A program made the translations under genes and the position numbers. The notes beneath the pieces are model-generated. The model was not told the origin of the DNA, ran no database searches, and was given only the letters and a program-made list of their open reading frames with translations. From the NCBI GenBank assembly GCA_029762535.1, contig JARVGK010000009.1:32001-96000 (forward strand): DNA of 64,000 nucleotides, read 5' to 3'. The DNA is from Thermoplasmatota archaeon (lineage in GTDB: Archaea; Thermoplasmatota; Penumbrarchaeia; Penumbrarchaeales; Penumbrarchaeaceae). Shown one piece after another: positions 39,109 through 48,422 of this stretch (positions are counted from its first letter, which is position 1; each line of letters starts with the position of its first letter).

Positions 39109-39134
39109 GGGGGCGCCTATCATCGGGCGCCCCC
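39109..39134 (-). terminator. GC-rich hairpin downstream of the small ORF
   Basis: GGGGGCGCC-N8-GGCGCCCCC followed by TCTT on the minus strand. Confidence 0.55.
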
Positions 39135-39146
39135 GGGGATACGGGC

Positions 39147-39332
39147 TCAGCAGTGGGGGAATCTGTATGGATACATGTTGTTGAGCCGGTACCAGACACC
39201 CCATTCTTCCTCGAAGAGGTCGGGTTTCCACGGTTGGACAGCTTCCATCTTCTTCACCTCCTTATCCTTCAAGAGATCCCGGGGATCCTCGGAGGCGTCG
39301 CTAGGTATATATATTACGTATTCCCATACCAT
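39147..39332 (-). CDS. Small hypothetical protein (61 aa, MVWEY...RFPHC)
   Basis: Has its own promoter/leader upstream and a hairpin downstream; no recognised motif. Confidence 0.55.
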   Translation of the reverse strand: MVWEYVIYIPSDASEDPRDLLKDKEVKKMEAVQPWKPDLFEEEWGVWYRLNNMYPYRFPHC

Positions 39333-39335
39333 ACC

Positions 39336-39400
39336 TGAGGATCCAGGACCTTTCCCCGGGGCCGTTACCATTCCGCGGGGGAAGGTCTCCTCGAACTCTC
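39336..39400 (-). ncRNA. Candidate structured leader RNA, copy A
   Basis: Homologous to 40246-40312; hairpin retained despite stem changes; apical AAUGGUAACGGC. Confidence 0.5.
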
Positions 39401-39623
39401 TACTTCTTACATGACCTTACCTACTTATAAGCTATACCCATCAAGTTATAGGTTTTTAGAGGGTTATATATAATTTTTCCATCCTACAAAGGGGAAATAC
39501 CTTTTGCCAGCAAAGTGTAGCGGATCCCTGACCGACGATGATATAGCTTCCTTTCTGTCGGCATGGTCAACGGATCCCCGAAGCGCATAATCCAAAGATG
39601 ATGAGATCATCCCATAGGATCAA

Positions 39624-39661
39624 CAAAAATAAAAAAAAATGGGCCGGAGATATTCCGGCCC
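39624..39661 (-). terminator. Hairpin plus U-tract terminator after the ATP-cone gene
   Basis: GGGCCGGA-N5-TCCGGCCC then a long T run on the minus strand. Confidence 0.7.
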
Positions 39662-39682
39662 GGGGTTTTTAGGGGGGCTATC

Positions 39683-40165
39683 TCATGCTTCGGCCATCTT
39701 CCTAACGGCCACCAACGAAGAGCCGCTGACCTCAAGGAAGCCCAGATCGCTTCTTCCGAGGTATATCGCATTGCTCTTGTAGTGCGGGTCCTCGATCCTG
39801 TAGGCCCTCAGGGCCTTCCTGTTCCATCCGCTGTAGGCCTCAACCACCTGGCCGTTCTTCACGCCGAGCCTATCCATGGTCTCGGGAGACATCAGGCAGT
39901 TCCCGTTGATCCCCGTTACGCTGGGGTCGATCTCCAGGTCCCTGGTCGTGAAGTACCTCCTTGCGAGTTCGGGATCTATCTTCTTCAGAGAGGTTCCGAT
40001 CCTCCTCCTCACATCCCGCGTGGTCATTCCCTTTTTGAAGCCGACAGCCTTCACTACGTTCCTCGCGGTCCCCTTGTCCACGCCGAGAACGATCATCGAC
40101 CTCATCATCTTCGCCCTGCTGTACCTCTCTATGCTGCCGTCCATCTTCCTTATCGTCTTCACCAT
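39683..40165 (-). CDS. ATP-cone protein with C-terminal double-psi-barrel-like domain
   Basis: IRKMDGSIERYSRAKM...TTRDVR; LMSPETMDRLGVKNGQVV; GGTGA RBS before ATG 40165. Confidence 0.72.
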   Translation of the reverse strand: MVKTIRKMDGSIERYSRAKMMRSMIVLGVDKGTARNVVKAVGFKKGMTTRDVRRRIGTSLKKIDPELARRYFTTRDLEIDPSVTGINGNCLMSPETMDRLGVKNGQVVEAYSGWNRKALRAYRIEDPHYKSNAIYLGRSDLGFLEVSGSSLVAVRKMAEA

Positions 40166-40245
40166 TTCCTTCACCTTCCTGAAGGGTCGCGGAGAAGGAA
40201 AAGGCGGAGGCTCCGCTCATCGAGCAAAGCTGGTCATCTCCGCCT

Positions 40246-40312
40246 TGTGAGATCCAGGCCCACTCCCCCGGGCCGTTACCCATTCCGGGGAGAGAGGTCT
40301 CCTCGACCACCT
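40246..40312 (-). ncRNA. Candidate structured leader RNA, copy B
   Basis: Homologous to copy A; same 30-nt distance from a TTATAA box. Confidence 0.5.
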
Positions 40313-40411
40313 CTGAGGATAAGATGGGCCTCAAGGTTATAAAAGCCTTCCCTTCAACTAGTATTTTTTTTTAAGGGGATATATAATATTTTCCATGTCT
40401 TGAACTTCGAT

Positions 40412-41005
40412 CTATTCCCTGCCGAAAAATACCCAATTGAGTACGTACCCCACCTTTTTTAACCGCATCCTCTCCCTATCCACGCTCTCGGATAGTATGC
40501 GGTCCCCAGTGAACAGGGCGCTGACATCGAACGGGTCATCGATCTTTGGTTCTCCGTCGGCCCTGGAAGTATATACGATCAACCTGCCCTTCCCGACAAG
40601 AGCGTCGGCGAAGATGTCGGATCCGGGCCCCCTTAAGAAGATCTTCACGGAGGCACAGGGCATGCCCTCGATGAACCCGGAAATCCTTTCGAGGGGGAGG
40701 TCCCCCTCGTCGAGGAGCATCCTCCCTTCCGCGAATATCGAATCCAGATAGATGATGCATTCATTTAACACACCGGTCCTCATGTGGGAAGCGGATAGCA
40801 CTTTTAGAAGGTTGCTGGGAGTGGGGGGCAGGTCGGAATATTGCATATCCTCCGGAGCGAGCAACGTGATGTCAGAGGGGCCGAGATACCCGTTCGTGGT
40901 CAGGATCTCGAAAAGGCGGGATCCCGATCCCGAGAGCTCGTCGCGTTCCCTTCCGCCGGGGCAATATATCAGAAACGCCGCCTGTTGATAGTTCTCATCC
41001 ATCAT
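40412..41005 (-). CDS. Caspase/C13-fold protein lacking both catalytic residues
   Basis: LFEILTTNGY..SDITLL, PTPSNL, CIIYLDSI (no His), IFLRGPGS (no Cys), RLIVYTSRADGE. Confidence 0.6.
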   Translation of the reverse strand: MMDENYQQAAFLIYCPGGRERDELSGSGSRLFEILTTNGYLGPSDITLLAPEDMQYSDLPPTPSNLLKVLSASHMRTGVLNECIIYLDSIFAEGRMLLDEGDLPLERISGFIEGMPCASVKIFLRGPGSDIFADALVGKGRLIVYTSRADGEPKIDDPFDVSALFTGDRILSESVDRERMRLKKVGYVLNWVFFGRE

Positions 41006-41142
41006 TATCCCATTCCCTTGGCCGCGATCATCGATCTAAATTGAACGAGCTGGAAATGGAGCAAAGCATGCTCCTTTATGAAGCTGATCCGATAAATTAT
41101 ACTCTAATAGAGGGTCTTATAAGGTTTTCCCTCCCGCGCATC

Positions 41143-41751
41143 TCAAGGAGGACAGATCTGAGGGGTCTGTCCGGATCCCTGGAGCCGTAAGCACTCCTTA
41201 TTGTACGCATCTCTCCAGTTAGGAGGGCAGCTATTGAAATGTAACTCCAGGTGGAGATCGTCAGGGTCCTTGGTTTCATTTGAGGACATGGATGTTATCA
41301 CGAACCTGTCATCCTTGCATAACGGTTGCAGGGCCCTCCCGGACTTTTGACCCCGAACGGTAATGCAGCAGTCCGTATACACCATATTGGATGGTTGCAT
41401 CCATTCATATATTTGTGCGTATGTCAGCTCGTAGTTAGGGTCTCCGTTCTTGAAAGTGAATTTTCCATCGGTCATTTGAGAATGATCGTCTATCACGATC
41501 CACATATTATCCGTGGGACCCACAAGGAATCCATGCGGTTGCATCTGGCTGTGATCGAAGCACTTGTCCCTGAGGGTAACAAAGTCACAGTCCCCATCGT
41601 AATACTGACCCAGGAACGGATCGCTTTGAATAGAGATGGGCCCGTATATCTTTATCGGGTCGTAACAATTGTCCTTGAGCGCACCGCTGACACTCTTTTT
41701 AAGATCGGAAATATCCTTCCCATATGCCCATATGAATGCCGCTTTTCCCAT
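41143..41751 (-). CDS. Caspase/C13-fold protein with His retained and Cys replaced by Gln
   Basis: DNMWIVIDDHS, ELTYAQIYEW, ITVRGQKSG, RFVITSMSSNE and C-terminal QTPQI. Confidence 0.62.
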   Translation of the reverse strand: MGKAAFIWAYGKDISDLKKSVSGALKDNCYDPIKIYGPISIQSDPFLGQYYDGDCDFVTLRDKCFDHSQMQPHGFLVGPTDNMWIVIDDHSQMTDGKFTFKNGDPNYELTYAQIYEWMQPSNMVYTDCCITVRGQKSGRALQPLCKDDRFVITSMSSNETKDPDDLHLELHFNSCPPNWRDAYNKECLRLQGSGQTPQICPP

Positions 41752-41755
41752 GATA

Positions 41756-42004
41756 TCACCTCAACAACCTCGCTACGTTATAATACACGTCCGACCTCTC
41801 GAGCACATGCTTGCCCGGAGCCGTCAACGCGTCCTCTATCCTCTTGATCCTCGCCTTCATCTCGAAGAACTCCGATAGAACGAGGACCATCATTTCTTTG
41901 TCCATGTATCCTTCTTTGACCTTGCCCAACATCTCCTCGGCCATTTTCGGATCTATCTCCGGGACCATGTTCTCTTTTCCCTTCCCACTTTCGACTTCAT
42001 CCAT
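41756..42004 (-). CDS. Small helical hypothetical protein
   Basis: GAGGTG RBS upstream; its stop overlaps the GAGGTGA RBS of the next gene. Confidence 0.7.
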   Translation of the reverse strand: MDEVESGKGKENMVPEIDPKMAEEMLGKVKEGYMDKEMMVLVLSEFFEMKARIKRIEDALTAPGKHVLERSDVYYNVARLLR

Positions 42005-42090
42005 TTCAAGCACCTCACACTTCCTGCGAAGGTCGAAAAAAAAGAATGGGATATACCTTTATCGGCTTAAATTATAACTTTTTTAATAGG

Positions 42091-43455
42091 TTATATAATA
42101 TTTTCCACTCCCTCGAAGCCCTTCTCCCTCGCTCTCTTTATGATCTCCTCGCGGAAGATCACCAGCTCCTTCTCGGTAGGGAGGGGAAAGGCCACCTCCT
42201 TGCATTTGGCAAAATGTTCCAGAGCCTTATCGAGATCTCTCATCTCTATGTAGAGAAGGGCGTAGTTGAGTTCAACGATGGCCAGGCCCTCGTAATCGTT
42301 GTACGAGCTGAATATTTCATGGGCCCTCTTGAGGTATCCCTTGGAAAGGTCGAACTTGCCCTTCTTCATGGCAATATCGGCGAGGTTCGGCATTACCTTG
42401 GCCTCGGCGAATTCGCTCCTGGCCTCCCTTGCGTACTTTCTCGCCTTTAACCAGTCGCTCTCTGCCTCATCGTCTCTCTCGAGGATGAAGAACGTGACAC
42501 CTCTCACGTTATAGGCCATGGCAAGGAAGAGGGACAACCCGTGTATGCTGAACGAGCTGATCGCTGAACGTAATAGCTCGGAATACTCCTCTCGGTCTCC
42601 CATGAAGAAAAGGATGACCCCCTTGTTCATCTTTACCAAAGATAAGCATATCCTGTTCTCGACCGTCATGAGCATGTCGTTGAGAATCGAGAGGGCCTCC
42701 TCGTCCCTGTTCTGTTTTCGAAGGAGATGCACCTGGTCTATCTTGATTATGAACCATTGATTGTAGTTAAGGTCCGTCCTGTCCGTTAGAAGGTGGTTAA
42801 GGATCATGGAGCAGTCCTCGAACTTCCCCATCCTCATCTTCGCCTCGGCCAGTATGATAAGGGCATCTATGTCCTCCTTCCTCCAGATGTCCGATGTGAC
42901 TATATCCTTGTCTATCTCGCCGTACAGAGATGCGTTGAAGAACGTCTCGACGAATGACTCATGTCTGGTCCCGCACGGGTTCGCATCGATGTTCGAGAAT
43001 ATGTTCAGAAGCGTCGTGTCCTCTCTCGACACCTTCATCGTGTTGAGGAACATGGGCAGGTCGAAATATTTGTTCTGGGTGTAGAGCGCCAGGAAGAATA
43101 TCCTCTCCATGATGTCGTTGATCTTCCTAAGGATCGTCCTGACCTCTATGCACGAGGGGATGCTGTGCCTCTCCTCGGTCAGGACCATGGAATCGATCAT
43201 GGAATCGATCTGCGTGACCCTTCTCATCCCCTCCCGGGTCAGATCCGTGGTGCCCCTGATATCGGGGGCGAATTTCTTCTTGGTCCTGGTTATGAGCCCA
43301 TCGGACCTCAACCGGGTCATGTACAAATTCAGCGTACTATCCGAGATCCCCAAAGCGTTCGCGAGCTGGTCCTTCCTGTAGTTCTGGTCCGGCTTGCCAT
43401 CCTTCGATATCAGATATATCGAGAATAGCACCAGGTCCTCTTTGCCCAGCTTCAT
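42091..43455 (-). CDS. wHTH plus TPR transcriptional regulator
   Basis: KDQLANALGISDSTLNLYMTRL..DGLI...LTREG; C-terminal TPR helices. Confidence 0.82.
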   Translation of the reverse strand: MKLGKEDLVLFSIYLISKDGKPDQNYRKDQLANALGISDSTLNLYMTRLRSDGLITRTKKKFAPDIRGTTDLTREGMRRVTQIDSMIDSMVLTEERHSIPSCIEVRTILRKINDIMERIFFLALYTQNKYFDLPMFLNTMKVSREDTTLLNIFSNIDANPCGTRHESFVETFFNASLYGEIDKDIVTSDIWRKEDIDALIILAEAKMRMGKFEDCSMILNHLLTDRTDLNYNQWFIIKIDQVHLLRKQNRDEEALSILNDMLMTVENRICLSLVKMNKGVILFFMGDREEYSELLRSAISSFSIHGLSLFLAMAYNVRGVTFFILERDDEAESDWLKARKYAREARSEFAEAKVMPNLADIAMKKGKFDLSKGYLKRAHEIFSSYNDYEGLAIVELNYALLYIEMRDLDKALEHFAKCKEVAFPLPTEKELVIFREEIIKRAREKGFEGVENII

Positions 43456-43614
43456 GGGAACTTCCCCCCATACTCAATGGTCAAATTCATACATATCAAT
43501 AGATGAATTTATACCTTTTCAATTTACATTATTAACACGTTATGACAATATTTATAAGTCAAAACCGGAAATTATATAAAAAAATGATCGATGATCCACT
43601 TTATCTATGAAATA

Positions 43615-43670
43615 TTTTTAAAAAGAAAGTAAAAAGAAAATGATGACCGGCCCCTAATTGGGGCCGGCCC
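43615..43670 (-). terminator. Thermosome terminator
   Basis: CCGGCCCC hairpin followed by T-tracts on the minus strand. Confidence 0.65.
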
Positions 43671-43686
43671 GGGATATGCCTCCCTA

Positions 43687-45348
43687 TCAATAGTCCATGT
43701 CGTCCATTCCGCCGCCCATGCCGCCCATACCTGGAGGCATGCCGCCTGGTCCGCCCCTTCCGCCGCCCTCGGCTCCGCCCTTGGCGGCGATGACGTCATC
43801 GATCCTCAGGATCATGTTCGCGGTCTCGGATGCGGCCTGGATCGCCTGAACGCCGACCCTGAGAGGTTCAAGGACGTTGAGCGCCCTCATGTCCTCTATC
43901 TGTCCGGTATGGACGTTGAGGCCGTGGTACTTCTTACCCGTCGAATGGGCCTTGTTGATGTCAATGATGGTGTTGATCGGGTCCAGCCCGGCGTTCTCGG
44001 CGAGCGTCCTGGGGACGACCTCGAGAGCGGAGGCGAAGGCCTCGATGGCGAACTGCTCCCTACCACCGGTCTTGATGGCGAAAGAGCGCAGCTCCCTTGC
44101 GAGCTCAATGGCGGCCGCTCCGCCGCCCGCGGTCATCTTACCATCCTCTACCACGTCGGCGACGGTGGAGAGAGCGTCATGGACGCCCCGCTCGATCTCG
44201 TCTATGACGTGCTCGGAGGCACCCCTGATCAATATGGATACCGCCTTGGCCTTCTTGCACCCGGTGACGTATGTCATCTGGTCTCCGCCGATCTTCTTCT
44301 CCTCGATCAGCCCGGAGGTCCCCAGGTCTGAAGCGCTGAGGTCGTCCAGGTTAGAGGCGATCTTTGCCCCGGTGGCCTTTGAGAGCTTCTCCATATCGGA
44401 TTTCTTTACCCTTCTGACGGCGTATATGCCCTTTTTGGCCATGAAATGCTGGGCGAGATCGTCGATCCCCTTCTGACAGAACACAGCGTTGGCTCCGCTC
44501 TTCTCGACCTTGTCGACCATCTCCCTGAGTATGTTCTCCTCGTTCTGGAGGAACTTCTGGAACTGAGAGGGGTCCGTTATCTGGATCTTTGCATCGACCT
44601 CTGTCTTCTTCACCTCGAAGGCGGAGTTCACAAGGGCGATCTTGGGGTTCTTGACGTTTTTGGGCATACCATCATGCACCCTCTCTTTGTCTATGATTAT
44701 GCCTTCTATGAGCTCGGTGTCCTTGATGGATCCTCCCTGCTTCTTCTCGACCTTGACGTTGTCCACATCGACCTTCCACTTCTTGCCGTCCTTCTCAGCC
44801 ACGGCCTTGATCGCTTTCACAACTATCTCGGAGAGCATGTCCTTGAGGTCCCCCGCGGACTTTCCTGTCATGGAGGTCTGGGCGATCTTTTTCAGGGTCT
44901 CATCATCGGACATGTCCACATCCATGGAGATGCTGGAGAGCGTCTCGGTGGACCTCTCCGCTGCAAGCCTGAACCCTTCGGTTATCAGAGTCGGGTGTAT
45001 GTTCTTCTCGAGCAGCGTCTCTGCCAGCTTCAAAAGCTCGCCGGCGAAGATCACCGCGGTGGTCGTTCCGTCACCACACTGCTCGTCCTGGGTCTTTGCG
45101 ACCTCGATGATCATCTTCGCCGCGGGGTTGACCACATCTATCTCCTTGAGTATGGTCACGCCATCGTTCGTTATGATCACGTCGCCCATGGAGTCCACGA
45201 GCATCTTGTCCATTCCCTTGGGTCCGAGTGTCGTCCTTACGGCGTCGGCTATCGCCTTCGCCGCCGCGATGTTCTTGCTCTGGGCCCTCTTTCCGCTTTC
45301 CCTTTCTGTCCCTTCCTTGAGGACAAATATCGGAGTTCCGCCAATCAT
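43687..45348 (-). CDS. ths: Thermosome (group II chaperonin) subunit
   Basis: [20 protein letters not shown] and GGM tail. Confidence 0.97.
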   Translation of the reverse strand: MIGGTPIFVLKEGTERESGKRAQSKNIAAAKAIADAVRTTLGPKGMDKMLVDSMGDVIITNDGVTILKEIDVVNPAAKMIIEVAKTQDEQCGDGTTTAVIFAGELLKLAETLLEKNIHPTLITEGFRLAAERSTETLSSISMDVDMSDDETLKKIAQTSMTGKSAGDLKDMLSEIVVKAIKAVAEKDGKKWKVDVDNVKVEKKQGGSIKDTELIEGIIIDKERVHDGMPKNVKNPKIALVNSAFEVKKTEVDAKIQITDPSQFQKFLQNEENILREMVDKVEKSGANAVFCQKGIDDLAQHFMAKKGIYAVRRVKKSDMEKLSKATGAKIASNLDDLSASDLGTSGLIEEKKIGGDQMTYVTGCKKAKAVSILIRGASEHVIDEIERGVHDALSTVADVVEDGKMTAGGGAAAIELARELRSFAIKTGGREQFAIEAFASALEVVPRTLAENAGLDPINTIIDINKAHSTGKKYHGLNVHTGQIEDMRALNVLEPLRVGVQAIQAASETANMILRIDDVIAAKGGAEGGGRGGPGGMPPGMGGMGGGMDDMDY

Positions 45349-45611
45349 GCTTTTTCACCTCATTTTTCCTTATCGGGGAAATACCGAAATAAGCGCTTCT
45401 ATAAATAATTTTCCTATAATATAACTTCTATAAAATTATATCTGAACCAATGGTTGTTCTCTATTGGTTTTTTGTTCTCGATCGAAGTGGTATATAGGTA
45501 AATCATATATAATAGCAAAGGGGTCCCGTCCTGTTCGATGTTACAGGAGCAGCGAACGAGGTTATGCAGCATGACCGATGATGAAGGACCCCAACGATCT
45601 TTTATGGATAG

Positions 45612-46901
45612 GTGCAGCCCATGGCATGGAAGGTATCGCCGCGCATACATCTGCGAGGACGCCATCCAGCCCGGGGCCTGTTACGAAAGGTCCGACCGTA
45701 CCTTCATTTGGACAGGACGCTCTTGAGGCAATCGGGCATAGTCCTCTTTCTTTGTGCGATATTCACGATATTTCCGGGACTGTTCTTGGGATCCCTGGAA
45801 AGGTTACTTTTCCTCGTTCCGGGTTTGATAGTGCTCATTCCCCCCACGGTCGGTCTCAGGGGCAATATATTCGGCGCATTGGCCTCCAGAATGGGATCGA
45901 AGCTGCATCTGGGAGTTCTCAACACGAGGATCAGAGGCAACAGAACACTGAACGAGCATCTTTTGGCCTCCCTTGTTCAGTTGATGCTGCTGTCGATACT
46001 GATCCCGGTCCTGGGGATGCTAATCCCCCGGTCATTGGGCATCCAAACGGCGCCGCTGAGCACACTCCTTTTCATATCAGTAATGGGAGGCATTGTTTCC
46101 GGTATATTCATGTTCGCGATATCGGTCGGTGTGACGTTTTTCTCCTTCAACTTGAACTGGGACCCGGACAACGTCAGCACGCCGATAATCGCCACCTCCG
46201 GGGACCTCATGACCATACCTATCATGTTCTTATTCGCCTGGGTGTCACTCAGTATCCCATCATCGATCCTTGTGCCCCTGACCCTCTCCATGATACTCAT
46301 CTTCGTGATAGTGACCGTGGTGGTGCTTCTCAAGAGATCGCACGAGGTCATGGCCGTTCTGCGCTCGGCCATACCTTTCGAGGTCGGGGCGGTGATTATC
46401 TCGACTTTCGCGGGGATCGTTATAGCGCTCGGCCTTGAGCCAGTCTTCGCCGGTTCCATTTTCCTCATATTCATTCCCGTCTTCAACGGACAGGGAGGGT
46501 CCATGGGTTCCGTGATGGGGTCGAGGCTGACATCGGCCGCATATCTTGGGAGCATCAAGCTCACAAAAGGGCCAAACCTATTCGCTGTGAGCACTGCCAT
46601 CACGATGTGGATGATCGCGATGGTCGTGTTCTCTTTCATGTCGATCGCGGCCATGTTCCTCTCCCCTATCGCGGGGATCTCGCCCCCTCCATTCATCCAG
46701 GTTTTGCTGGTCATGGCGCTGGGCGGCACTGTGATCACGCTCATATCATCTGCCGCGGCATATTACATCGCCTATTTCTCGATGAAGTTCGGACTCGACC
46801 CTGACAACGTGGTTATACCCCTCCTAACGGCCTCAATGGACATCATAGGGTCCGGATCCCTGCTCGCGAGTATCATGTTGATGGGGCTTATATTCGGCTG
46901 A
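45612..46901 (+). CDS. MgtE/SLC41-type divalent cation transporter (duplicated membrane domain)
   Basis: GLRGNIFG.LASR and two DPDNV..P motifs. Confidence 0.88.
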   Translation: MQPMAWKVSPRIHLRGRHPARGLLRKVRPYLHLDRTLLRQSGIVLFLCAIFTIFPGLFLGSLERLLFLVPGLIVLIPPTVGLRGNIFGALASRMGSKLHLGVLNTRIRGNRTLNEHLLASLVQLMLLSILIPVLGMLIPRSLGIQTAPLSTLLFISVMGGIVSGIFMFAISVGVTFFSFNLNWDPDNVSTPIIATSGDLMTIPIMFLFAWVSLSIPSSILVPLTLSMILIFVIVTVVVLLKRSHEVMAVLRSAIPFEVGAVIISTFAGIVIALGLEPVFAGSIFLIFIPVFNGQGGSMGSVMGSRLTSAAYLGSIKLTKGPNLFAVSTAITMWMIAMVVFSFMSIAAMFLSPIAGISPPPFIQVLLVMALGGTVITLISSAAAYYIAYFSMKFGLDPDNVVIPLLTASMDIIGSGSLLASIMLMGLIFG

Positions 46902-46950
46902 AGAAGAAACCGTTATCTACGACTTGGTGCTACCCGCAGTTGGTGGTCAA

Positions 46951-48330
46951 TTGTCGGATGACATGTACCAAGGTTACAGGGGCCCGGCCCTATCGGTAAT
47001 GAAGAGGGAGAACGCCTCGGTATGGGACCAGGTGGTGATCACCACTCCGCAGGGCAAGGTAGAGGGCATCATACTTCCCAGATCCGCCGGGGACGACTCC
47101 CACATCGTTCTCAAGATGATCACTGGTTACAACATTGGGATCGCCTCCACCTCCGTTCAATCCCTGGAGGTCGTTGGCAGCAAAAAGGCCAATTACAAGA
47201 TCCCCGAGAAGGATTTCCCTTTCGATCCGGCAAAACCCAATGTTATCATTCTCGGGACGGGCGGTACCATAGCATCCAGGCTCGATTACAGGACCGGCGC
47301 GGTGATACCCGCCTTCACCCCGGGGGAGCTGTTCGGCGCCGTACCGGAGCTGGCGGATATCGCCAACATCACCACGAAAAAGCTCTTCGGGGTCTTCTCC
47401 GAGAATATGGGCCCTCATCAGTGGAAGGTGCTGGCCGAGAACATTGAAAAGGAGATCGAGGGCGGCATTCGCGGGGTCGCAATTGGACATGGGACCGACA
47501 CCATGCACTACACGGGTGCTACGATGTCGTTCATGGTCCAGGGATCCCCGGTCCCGATAGTGATGGTCGGCAGCCAGAGGTCCTCGGACAGGCCTTCCTC
47601 CGATGCCGCAAGGACCCTTATCGGTTCGGTTACCACTGCGGCCTACTCCGATGCGGCCGAGGTGATGGTATGTATGTTCGGGACCACCTCCGATCGCTTC
47701 TGCTATCTACACAGGGGGACCAGGGTCAGAAAGATGCACTCTTCCTATCGCAACACGTTCAAGACCCTGGGGGACATCCCCATAGGAAAGGTGGAGGACG
47801 GCCGATTCACCTATTTCAGGGAGGATTACAAGCGAAGGAGGGAGGACAGGGAGGTCAAGATATACCCGCATTTCGAGGAGAAGGTCGCGATCCTCTATTA
47901 CTACCCCAACATGCACCCGGACATGGTAGAATCCCTCATAGACAAGGGATACAAGGGAATAGTCATCGCAGGTACCGGTTTGGGACACGTCAACAAGCCT
48001 CTCTACGAACCTCTTAAGAGAGCTCATGAGGAGGGCATACACCTCTTCATGACCGTTCAAACCCTTTATGGATACGTTCAAATGTACGTTTACGACACCG
48101 GCAGGGACCTGATGTCCTTCGGGATCGTCCCTCTGGAGAACATGCTACCCGAGGTCGCATACTGCAAGCTCGGATGGACGCTGGGTCAGGTCCAGGATCC
48201 CGAAGCTGTGAGGAAACTGATGCTCACGCCCATTGCCGGGGAGATCACACCCCGTGAGCCCTACGACGGCTTCGTTCAGGGACAGGGCGGGATGGAGACC
48301 GTCGAGAGGTTCCTGGCCGAATACAACTGA
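46951..48330 (+). CDS. gatD: Glu-tRNA(Gln) amidotransferase subunit D
   Basis: GYNIG N-domain, TGGTIAS, HGTDT, GSQRSSDRPSSD and RKMHSS; start approximate. Confidence 0.95.
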   Translation: MSDDMYQGYRGPALSVMKRENASVWDQVVITTPQGKVEGIILPRSAGDDSHIVLKMITGYNIGIASTSVQSLEVVGSKKANYKIPEKDFPFDPAKPNVIILGTGGTIASRLDYRTGAVIPAFTPGELFGAVPELADIANITTKKLFGVFSENMGPHQWKVLAENIEKEIEGGIRGVAIGHGTDTMHYTGATMSFMVQGSPVPIVMVGSQRSSDRPSSDAARTLIGSVTTAAYSDAAEVMVCMFGTTSDRFCYLHRGTRVRKMHSSYRNTFKTLGDIPIGKVEDGRFTYFREDYKRRREDREVKIYPHFEEKVAILYYYPNMHPDMVESLIDKGYKGIVIAGTGLGHVNKPLYEPLKRAHEEGIHLFMTVQTLYGYVQMYVYDTGRDLMSFGIVPLENMLPEVAYCKLGWTLGQVQDPEAVRKLMLTPIAGEITPREPYDGFVQGQGGMETVERFLAEYN

Positions 48331-48422
48331 GCTTCAGCAACCCTTATTAAGACCGGAGCATATGATGAGGGGCGGCCTTTGCTGTGCCGATCGCGCTTTG
48401 GTATAGCGGCAGGTGATCGACG

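Noticed and set aside
39147-39400. Selenoprotein (Cys-TGA end) with the hairpin as SECIS
   Set aside because: The hairpin lies 5' of the ORF, lacks the archaeal GAA/A core, and no Sec machinery is visible.
39520-39612. Possible C/D-box sRNA
   Set aside because: Box C-like words are present but no correctly placed CTGA box D.
40246-40312. Leader hairpin as H/ACA guide, tRNA or self-cleaving ribozyme
   Set aside because: ACA follows only one copy; there is no K-loop, cloverleaf or ribozyme core.
41470-41560. DHSQM pentapeptide occurring twice in the pseudo-caspase
   Set aside because: Codons differ and there is no wider repeat; cannot be distinguished from coincidence.
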